From: a virus
IMG/VR virus record: IMGVR_UViG_3300020120_000022
DNA: 44,059 bases
Strand: one strand, 5' to 3'
This document shows positions 37,928 to 44,059 of the stretch, one piece after another; position 1 is the stretch's first letter; each line of letters begins with the position of its first letter. The notes beneath the pieces were generated by a model that did no database searches, was not told where the DNA came from, and saw only the letters and a program-made list of their open reading frames with translations. Position numbers and translations under genes: made by a program.

Positions 37928-38266
37928 TCACGCCGCGTATTCAACACCGCTGGCGACGAGTGTAATCGCCGTGCCTGCCGACGCCAGTGCCTGCAGGGTG
38001 CCGCCGCTCTCGATCCACTGCCCGATCGCGCCAGGCGGAACGAAAGTCTCCCCGGGCGCTAGTGACTTGGCCGAGACGATGCAGTTGGTATCGTCCGCTG
38101 CCCCCCCTGATGGCACCAGATGCACAGTCGCCGTCGCCGATGACCCGCTGGTGTTGGTCAGTGCCAGCGCGTCAATCCGCGCCTTGACGTTGGTCGCGGT
38201 GTAATAGGTTGCGGCGCTGGCGGTCAGCTGCGAGCCGGCAATAAGGCGAGTGGGGACAATGGCCAT
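37928..38266 (-). CDS. Small tail-module beta protein, 112 aa
   Basis: ATG 2 nt after the tail fibre stop, Ala/Thr/Ser/Gly-rich. Confidence 0.55.
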   Translation of the reverse strand: MAIVPTRLIAGSQLTASAATYYTATNVKARIDALALTNTSGSSATATVHLVPSGGAADDTNCIVSAKSLAPGETFVPPGAIGQWIESGGTLQALASAGTAITLVASGVEYAA

Positions 38267-38267
38267 A

Positions 38268-38852
38268 TCAGGCGATCCGCTTCCACATGTAGACGACGAT
38301 ATAGGGCTGGACGACTGAGGTCGCCGAACCGGCGAAAGTGCCTTGGGTGACGCTGTGGCTCAGGGTCGGGCTCTCGTTCGAGGTCGCGCCGGTGACCACC
38401 ACATCAGTTCCCGCGCCAGACTGGACCGCTGTGGCGCCGGTGACGGTGTGGGTATGGTGGGCATGATCCGCCACCGCCGTACCGCTGATCGTGCCCGCAG
38501 CTGCGACAGTCTTGGCGCCGCCGGTCTCCTCCGCCGTGTCAAAATCCGTATCGCCGCTATCCTGCCCGACCATCACCCGCCCGGCGCCGAACGCCTGCCA
38601 TGTGCCAAACCCGAGCAGGTCGAGCGGGTTGGTTTCCACGGTCGATATGAATACGGCGCCCACGGGCCATGCCGCACCGATATCGCGGGCCGGCGCGGGG
38701 GGCTCACCCAGAAACACGGCATCCTCGAACGGGCTCGACGGGCCGCCGACCGTGCGCTGGATCGCGACGAAATAGCGATACCATTCGGGTGTGATGGCTC
38801 CGGTGCTGTCGATCAGCGCCGTGCGGGGCGGGTTGACGGCAAACCCGGCCAT
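38268..38852 (-). CDS. Tail fibre protein with collar-type C-terminal domain, 194 aa
   Basis: ITPEWYRYFVAIQRTV N-terminal motif. WPVGAVFIS..NP...LGFGTWQAFGAGRV.VG ... QPYIVVYMWKRIA matches the phage tail-collar (MdpB-like) pattern. Confidence 0.6.
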   Translation of the reverse strand: MAGFAVNPPRTALIDSTGAITPEWYRYFVAIQRTVGGPSSPFEDAVFLGEPPAPARDIGAAWPVGAVFISTVETNPLDLLGFGTWQAFGAGRVMVGQDSGDTDFDTAEETGGAKTVAAAGTISGTAVADHAHHTHTVTGATAVQSGAGTDVVVTGATSNESPTLSHSVTQGTFAGSATSVVQPYIVVYMWKRIA

Positions 38853-40199
38853 CTAGCGAATATCCGCCCAATAGGAGATCGCCAGCCGGTAGAACGGGTC
38901 GGTCATCACCAGTTTGATCTGGCGCGCACGGAACTGGCCGAGGCGCCGCCATACCGCCCGCGCGCGATAATCGCCAAGCTGCCCCGCCGAGCGCCACAGG
39001 CTGTTTGACCACAGCCGCCCGCCGTCGTCGGAGTAGCTGAGCATGATCTGCGGATCGGTGACATCGCCATTGCCGCCGCCAGTCTCGACTGTCACCTCAA
39101 AGGCATACATCGTCACCCGCTGCCGCCCATATTCGAGGGTCGGCAGGCCAATCTCGACGCTGATGGTGTTGCCGTTCTCGGTGTGAACGTCATTCGACGG
39201 GACGTAGAGGTTCCCGTTCGCCCGATCCGTCAGAAGCGTCCGGCCATAGGCATCGATCGCGCCATTGCAGCGCCAGATGTCCGAGTCCCACGACTTGCGC
39301 ATGTGCCAGGTGCCCGTCGCGTGGTCATAGACCGCGGTGCCGGCATCGCATTCCAGCACGTAGAACTTGTGCCCCTCCATCGAGTAGGTCCACCCCCGGG
39401 CATAGGTGGCGCCGCGCAGCAGATATTCGATGGCATGGGTCGAAACGCGCTGGGGCTGATAGCCATTGAGCAGGTAGACCACGCGGTCATCGCCCACGAA
39501 GGTCACCGAGTTGTCGATCTTGACTGCGCTGTCGGCGTCGAAAATACCCCGCTCGATGAAGGCGTTGCCCTGGCGCTCGAATGGGAAGTCAGCCGCGCCC
39601 GAGTTGTAATAGATCTCGGTCGTCTGCGCCCCGAAGAACAGGATTTCGCGGTGGCTGTTGATCACGCCTTCGACATCATCCGGCGCGCCTTCGACCGACG
39701 CGATATCGGCGCCGTCATAGGTCAAGGCGTCGTCGAGCCCGGAAATGATGAACTGCTCGGAATTCTGCACCGTCCACAGGATGTAGCCGTCGATGTAGAT
39801 CACATCCGAGACCGAGAACGGCACTGGCGTCTGCAATGACCCACCAGACCACACATAGCCGGTGCCGTTGACCGCGATGCACACCTCGGTGTAATTGCAG
39901 GCAATCCCGACCGGCCCGGTCCCGGGGATGGCGCCGAGCGCGGTTGCCGTGCCGTTCGATGCCACCGAGTAGAGCGTGCCGCCCGAGACCATATAGAGCA
40001 CGCCGCCGCAGACCACATGGCCACGATAGGGGCCGTCGCCGACCGTGGCCCATAGGGTGAGGCCGGGGGTCGCCATCACGGCAAAATCCTCGCGCTTGTC
40101 GCCGTCCGCCTTCTCGGCATAGCAGTTCACCAGCGCCGCGCCCGACCAGTTGAACGAGCGGCCCTGGCTGTATTGCAGCGCGGGCTTGAGTTGCTGCAT
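38853..40199 (-). CDS. Tail nozzle / beta-propeller protein (P22 gp10 'phage stabilisation protein'-like), 448 aa
   Basis: Repeated beta-blade-like segments, a position directly after the adaptor gene, and C-terminal WRRLGQFRARQIKL. The family is recalled, not searched. Confidence 0.55.
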   Translation of the reverse strand: MQQLKPALQYSQGRSFNWSGAALVNCYAEKADGDKREDFAVMATPGLTLWATVGDGPYRGHVVCGGVLYMVSGGTLYSVASNGTATALGAIPGTGPVGIACNYTEVCIAVNGTGYVWSGGSLQTPVPFSVSDVIYIDGYILWTVQNSEQFIISGLDDALTYDGADIASVEGAPDDVEGVINSHREILFFGAQTTEIYYNSGAADFPFERQGNAFIERGIFDADSAVKIDNSVTFVGDDRVVYLLNGYQPQRVSTHAIEYLLRGATYARGWTYSMEGHKFYVLECDAGTAVYDHATGTWHMRKSWDSDIWRCNGAIDAYGRTLLTDRANGNLYVPSNDVHTENGNTISVEIGLPTLEYGRQRVTMYAFEVTVETGGGNGDVTDPQIMLSYSDDGGRLWSNSLWRSAGQLGDYRARAVWRRLGQFRARQIKLVMTDPFYRLAISYWADIR

Positions 40200-40885
40200 C
40201 AGCGATACTCAGGCTGCATGTGGAGGCTGGCCGGCTCGGTGTCCCATGCCTCGATCGCGGCCCGGTATTGCGAGGCGCGCACCGCGATTTCCTGCCTGAT
40301 ATCGGGCGCCACGCCATATTTGAGGGCGAGCTGCTCGGCCAGCGAGTAGGAGAGGGCGAGCAGCCATTCCTGCGGCAGGTCGGCATCGTCGGCGCTGCTG
40401 TCGAAGTCCTCGATCGTGCGCAGGTAGGAGAGTTTGAGTGTGTAGGCGCTGGCAGTGGCGGCCGATGGCGTCGGCCACAGGTAGAGCGTGCCATCGGCGC
40501 GCTGCGGATCGTAATAGAACGCGGTCGGGATGCTCTCGGAGCCCTTGTTGGGCATGTCGAAATATTCCTGCCGCGACCATTCGTTGAGCGGGGTATCGCT
40601 GCCGCTGGCGGTGTTGTGGCGGCGGACCTCGAGAACACGGGCCGGCTTGGGGGTGAGCGCATAGCTGGCCGTGCTGGCGGTCAGTGTGACGTCGCGTTCG
40701 GTGCGCAGCCACAGGTGATCCTTGGCTCCGCCCGCCTTCACGAGCAGGTTGAGCGAGCGCCGGGCCCGAACGTACTGGTCGGCGGTGATCGTCTCGCCTT
40801 CCGAGCCGATCCCGCAGATATCGAACGCCTCTTCGATGATCTCATTGGCGACGAGGTTGAAATTCGTCGACCCAGACGTACTCAT
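40199..40885 (-). CDS. Head-tail adaptor protein, 228 aa
   Basis: ANEIIEEAFDICGIGSEGETITADQYVRARRSLNLLVK ... LWLR ... YAL pattern typical of podovirus adaptor proteins. ATGA overlap upstream and TGATG overlap downstream. Confidence 0.55.
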   Translation of the reverse strand: MSTSGSTNFNLVANEIIEEAFDICGIGSEGETITADQYVRARRSLNLLVKAGGAKDHLWLRTERDVTLTASTASYALTPKPARVLEVRRHNTASGSDTPLNEWSRQEYFDMPNKGSESIPTAFYYDPQRADGTLYLWPTPSAATASAYTLKLSYLRTIEDFDSSADDADLPQEWLLALSYSLAEQLALKYGVAPDIRQEIAVRASQYRAAIEAWDTEPASLHMQPEYR

Positions 40886-41043
40886 GGCAGCGGCTCCCAC
40901 TTGTTCAGCATGATCGCCCGCTTGAGCTTCTCGTCGGCATGGGCCTGCGCGATCGGGATGGACTGGCGCACTTCACCGTACTGGACCAGTTCATAGGCAC
41001 TGCCGTCATCGGAAAGGCGGCCATGGATGCGCCCCTCTCTCAT
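40882..41043 (-). CDS. Hypothetical protein, 53 aa
   Basis: ATG (MREGRIHGRL) in an ATGA overlap with the upstream stop. Confidence 0.5.
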   Translation of the reverse strand: MREGRIHGRLSDDGSAYELVQYGEVRQSIPIAQAHADEKLKRAIMLNKWEPLP

Positions 41044-41273
41044 AGGTCCGCCGGCGTGATCGTGCCGGTGATGAAGGTGTCGGCCTGCTCCGGCCTGGCC
41101 ATCCGCACCGCGCGGTTGTCGGGAATGCCGCGCACGAAGTCCTGAGGATTGCGCTTGTCGAGGAAGCGGGGCAGCACCATTGCGCCATCCCACTGCCTGA
41201 CGAGTTCATCCGCGTAGCATTTGAAGCCACTCGCATCGCAGATTGCGATCTGGCGGACACGCTCGTCAGGCAT
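41040..41273 (-). CDS. Hypothetical protein, 77 aa
   Basis: ATG with AAGGGG upstream. Lies in the neck region of the structural module. Confidence 0.55.
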   Translation of the reverse strand: MPDERVRQIAICDASGFKCYADELVRQWDGAMVLPRFLDKRNPQDFVRGIPDNRAVRMARPEQADTFITGTITPADL

Positions 41274-41285
41274 GGGACGAACCCC

Positions 41286-42260
41286 TTAGGAGTCGACGGC
41301 CGGAATGACGAACCCGGTGGCGCCGACCACGCCGGTCACGCGGTTCTCGAAGGCAGCGAGCGCCACGGTCGTGGTGAACAGTTTATCCGCCGTGGTGGTC
41401 AGGGTCTGGACGCGGTTGTTGGTCACGAAGCCCGTCGAGGTGGTGCCGCCCACGTTGATCAGCGAACCGTTCGCCGTGGTGGTGTTCTTGCGATAGCCGA
41501 TGTTGCTGTCCGCGAGGAAGTTGGTCAGCACGCCGGCCGTCACGGTGATCAGGATCGCCGCGTCGACGGTGGTCACCTGGGTGATCTGGTTGCCCGAGAG
41601 GGTGCATGCGTCGATGTCGTTGGCGGTCAGGACGAACGAGTTGACCGAGGTCGTGCCGAGCGAGTTCCACACGCAGCCGGTGATAGTCAGCCCGTCGACG
41701 GTGTTGGCAGCGCCGGTCGATTTCACGACGTTGAGGAAGTCGAGCACGCCCGAGGTGTCGTAGAAGCCGCAATTCTGCAGCGTGAACCACTTGGCGGTGG
41801 TCAGCGTGAAGCACGCCGCGATCGACAGGAAGTTGGCGAAGAACTGCACATTCTGGATCGACACGTTGGCCGCCGTGACGTTGATCGTGGCGGTGTTGGC
41901 GGTGTCGAGCGTGAACTTGGGGCGCAGCGAACCCGACCCGAGGCCGATGATCGCAAGACCGGCGACGTTGAGGGTGAGCGCCGTGGCCGACGACACGGTT
42001 TCGGCATGGCCCGGCTTGACGATCAGGATGTCGCCGCGGCTTGCACCGCTATCGGCGGCAATCGCGGTCAGCGCGCCGGCCAAGGTCGAGAATGGGCTGT
42101 TGTAGGTGCCCTTGTTGCTGTCGGAAGCGCCGCGGTCGCCCTTCTGGAGGGTCGTGGCATTGCCCAGCCACCAGACGCGGCCGGGATTGGTGACGCTTAT
42201 CGGAACGCCGCGGATCGTGACGCCCTGGGGGAATCCGCCGGGATAGTTGGAAGCAGGCAT
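41286..42260 (-). CDS. Right-handed beta-helix (pectate-lyase-fold) structural protein, 324 aa
   Basis: ATG (MPASNYPGG) 8 nt after AGGAGA. GDILIVKPGHAETV motif and repetitive N/T/V/G-rich rungs (NVTAANVSIQNVQF, TLQNCGF, LTITGCVW). Confidence 0.6.
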   Translation of the reverse strand: MPASNYPGGFPQGVTIRGVPISVTNPGRVWWLGNATTLQKGDRGASDSNKGTYNSPFSTLAGALTAIAADSGASRGDILIVKPGHAETVSSATALTLNVAGLAIIGLGSGSLRPKFTLDTANTATINVTAANVSIQNVQFFANFLSIAACFTLTTAKWFTLQNCGFYDTSGVLDFLNVVKSTGAANTVDGLTITGCVWNSLGTTSVNSFVLTANDIDACTLSGNQITQVTTVDAAILITVTAGVLTNFLADSNIGYRKNTTTANGSLINVGGTTSTGFVTNNRVQTLTTTADKLFTTTVALAAFENRVTGVVGATGFVIPAVDS

Positions 42261-42405
42261 ATCAAAGTCTCCTGTGAACCCCGATGGGGCCGCAAATGGG
42301 AAAGTCACAGTTCGCTTGGGCCAAGGCCCCGAACCATCCGCATTTGCCTAGGAGACGCCAGCACGCGGTCTTGCCGGCCCATCCTGCTTATCATGGCCTC
42401 CCGCC

Positions 42406-42437
42406 AATGAAAAGGCCCCCGGAGCGAACCGAGGGCC
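42406..42437 (-). terminator. Intrinsic terminator after the 253-aa gene
   Basis: Minus-strand RNA GGCCCUCGG-UUCGCU-CCGGGGGCC followed by UUUUCAUU. Confidence 0.75.
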
Positions 42438-42463
42438 TTCCCAAGCGGCGAGGGGAGGCGCCG

Positions 42464-43225
42464 TTACTTGTACGTGACGAAGCCGTGAATGTCGGTACTT
42501 GCGCCGGCCGTGGTCGGGATGGCGATGTCATCCGTGGTGAACTGCCACGAAATACCGGTGGCGAACGCCCCGCCCATGCCCGAAAAGTCGATCATGACGC
42601 TGGCGTTGGGCGGCAGGGGGATAGTCATCACCGGGGTGTCGGTCGACAGCGTGCCAGCCGTCGCCTTGTTGTAGATCTGCAGGTAGCGGATCGCCGCATT
42701 GGAGTTGGTCAGCGTGGCGGTGTAGAGCTGCCCCGCACTGGCCTTGATCACGCCGCTGGTCGCGCCGATCAGCCGGGCGATCGACAGGCCACCCGAAGTG
42801 ACCGGCTTGGGCACGGTGAAGGTGCCGGTGGTGTCGCCGCGCATGAGCTGGATCGCCGCGCCGTCCCACACGTAACCCAGCGAGGCGTATCCTAGTGCGC
42901 CCCCGTTATCAGCCCACGGGAGGGTGACGTAGGGCTGGCCGACAAAGCTGGTCGCAAGGGTGGCCTGCCCGGTGTTGACGACCACGAGGCCGCCGTTTGT
43001 GCTAAGCGGAAGGGGGGCAACGTTACCGCCCTGGCTGCCGCCCACAAGGACCGGGTTGCCCGCAACCGCCGCGCCCGTAGCCGCAACGCCCTGCACCCGG
43101 GCCGACGAGGTGCCGGTCGCGCCCGCCATGGTGACCTTGATGTTACCTGCCGAGTCCATCTGCGGCTTGGCAACCTGCGCATCGGTCAGCGTGATGCCTG
43201 CCGAGCGATACTGTCCAACGCTCAT
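42464..43225 (-). CDS. Structural beta-rich protein, 253 aa, bracketed by two terminator hairpins
   Basis: Full ORF with ATG, Gly/Thr/Ala/Val-rich, immediately downstream of the capsid gene. Confidence 0.6.
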   Translation of the reverse strand: MSVGQYRSAGITLTDAQVAKPQMDSAGNIKVTMAGATGTSSARVQGVAATGAAVAGNPVLVGGSQGGNVAPLPLSTNGGLVVVNTGQATLATSFVGQPYVTLPWADNGGALGYASLGYVWDGAAIQLMRGDTTGTFTVPKPVTSGGLSIARLIGATSGVIKASAGQLYTATLTNSNAAIRYLQIYNKATAGTLSTDTPVMTIPLPPNASVMIDFSGMGGAFATGISWQFTTDDIAIPTTAGASTDIHGFVTYK

Positions 43226-43253
43226 GTGCGATTTCCCGTCATGAAAGGGTAAG

Positions 43254-43275
43254 GGGCGGGACCGAAGCCCCGCCC
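43254..43275 (-). terminator. Hairpin (UUCG loop) after the major capsid gene
   Basis: Minus-strand RNA GGGCGGGGC-UUCG-GUCCCGCCC followed by CUUACCCUUU (weak U tract). Confidence 0.5.
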
Positions 43276-43282
43276 GTTACCG

Positions 43283-44059
43283 TCAGGCGCCCTGCGAGCC
43301 GAACAGGCTGCGCCAGTCGGAGCAGCCCACCGAATACCGCTCGTACGCCTTGTACTTGAGGTTGTCGGTGTCGAAGTCGCCGTCGTTCTTGAACTCCGCC
43401 TCGACGCGCTGGAACAGCTTGAGGCCTTCCGGGGCGTTGGTGCGGATGAAGAACGCGTCGGTGTCGGTCAGGTAGTTGTTGACCTTCACCCCATCCGGGA
43501 ACGCCCCCATCGAACGCAGCGCATTGATCGCGTTGTTCGCGGTGTCGTTCTGCTGGACCGACTTCAGGATGCGGGCCGCCTCGAACTGCAGCTGCACCGG
43601 GATGATCAACGACTTGGCCTGGAGCGAAATGCGCAGACCGCGCGAGTTGGTCGCCTGGCCGATCAGGACGACAAGGTCTTCCAGCGCCGCCTCGGAAAGG
43701 TCGGCGTCGGTCGACATCTTGTTGGCCTGGTTGCCGGCCAGCGTCGGGTGCGCCGTACTCAGGAGAGCCGCGGCGTCGCCGATCGGGTACGAGGTCGAGA
43801 ACGCCCGGTTGTAGAGGTTCGCGACCACGTTTTCCTTGGTCTGGCGCATCGAGAAGGCGAGGCTGCCGGTGCGCTGCATGCCGATCTTCTCATACTGGTT
43901 ATCGTCGATCGCCTCGCGGGTGATGACGAAGCCCAGCGAGTAGGCGACATGGGTGTACCGGGTGGTCACGCCCTGCGACATGGAGTCGTATTGCGTGGCT
44001 TCGCCCTGTGCCTTGACCGGGGCGAGACCGAAGCCGGTCACTTCCTGGTCTTCCTCGTA
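43283..44059 (-). CDS. Major capsid protein, 3' part (5'-truncated by the window end; 43933-44059 duplicates 1-127)
   Basis: Same reading frame as 259..1. The track's M at 44041 is an internal GTG (Val). C-terminal ...YKAYERYSVGCSDWRSLFGSQGA. Confidence 0.7.
   Translation of the reverse strand, partial: YEEDQEVTGFGLAPVKAQGEATQYDSMSQGVTTRYTHVAYSLGFVITREAIDDNQYEKIGMQRTGSLAFSMRQTKENVVANLYNRAFSTSYPIGDAAALLSTAHPTLAGNQANKMSTDADLSEAALEDLVVLIGQATNSRGLRISLQAKSLIIPVQLQFEAARILKSVQQNDTANNAINALRSMGAFPDGVKVNNYLTDTDAFFIRTNAPEGLKLFQRVEAEFKNDGDFDTDNLKYKAYERYSVGCSDWRSLFGSQGA
43933..44059. repeat. Right copy of the 127-bp terminal overlap
   Basis: Identical to 1..127. Confidence 0.95.

Larger units (their letters stand above)
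1..44059. mobile_element. Complete temperate phage genome (circular assembly; podovirus-like structural module, integrase + attP + CI-like repressor)
   Basis: Terminal 127-bp identity closes the circle. A full set of packaging, head, tail, lysis, replication and lysogeny genes is present, with no host housekeeping genes. Confidence 0.85.

Noticed and set aside
43283-44041. Stand-alone 252-aa gene with a GTG start at 44041, as drawn in the ORF track.
   Set aside because: The frame continues through the junction to an ATG at position 259. The GTG is an internal valine codon.
43933-44059. Terminal repeat as an LTR/IS end or a biological DTR.
   Set aside because: The overlap is exactly 127 bp and lies inside the capsid coding sequence, so an assembler k-mer overlap of a circular contig is the simpler explanation. 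True termini cannot be inferred from this sequence alone.
1-44059. Diversity-generating retroelement, retron, toxin-antitoxin pair or CRISPR-Cas/anti-CRISPR locus.
   Set aside because: No reverse-transcriptase motifs (YxDD), no template/variable repeat pair near the tail-fibre genes, no recognisable TA or Cas motifs. Anti-CRISPR-like small genes cannot be recognised from sequence alone.

Overview
The window is a complete, circularly closed genome of a temperate, short-tailed (podovirus-like) phage from a high-GC Gram-negative host, probably alphaproteobacterial (host is inference only). Bases 1-127 are identical to 43933-44059, so the unique length is 43,932 bp. The major capsid gene crosses this junction.

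Layout:
- Leftward (minus) transcription unit. It starts at a cro-like gene (13005) and runs through regulators, a DnaA-domain-IV-like protein, a VRR-NUC nuclease, a TOPRIM primase and a RepA-like helicase. It then passes a 270-bp iteron region (7405-7671), terS/terL, portal, a GroES-like co-chaperonin, scaffold and capsid. After wrapping the junction it continues through connector/nozzle, tail fibre, ejection proteins, tailspike and a lysis cassette ending at 26977.
- Rightward (plus) units. The first is a cI-like S24 repressor operon (13054-15694) carrying four cargo genes and closed by a strong terminator. The second is an early operon (15885-27022) with Rad52-like annealase, SSB, HNH-like nuclease, tyrosine integrase, attP (3' 45 nt of a tRNA-Met) and a C5-methyltransferase-like gene.

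Most interesting observations:
1. A translationally coupled 158-aa plus DUF1828/DUF1829-like gene pair inside the repressor operon, a candidate uncharacterised prophage defence or exclusion module.
2. A sulfotransferase-like/GNAT fusion gene inside the tail/ejection module.
3. A methyltransferase-like ORF whose only canonical in-frame starts lie on the other side of the attP core.
4. DnaA-box-like iterons paired with a phage DnaA-domain-IV protein.
5. Two early promoters that share an identical 17-nt spacer/operator.
6. An opposite-strand lipoprotein moron between the ejection and tailspike genes.

All functional calls rest on motifs I recognise by eye and on gene order. No database search was run.
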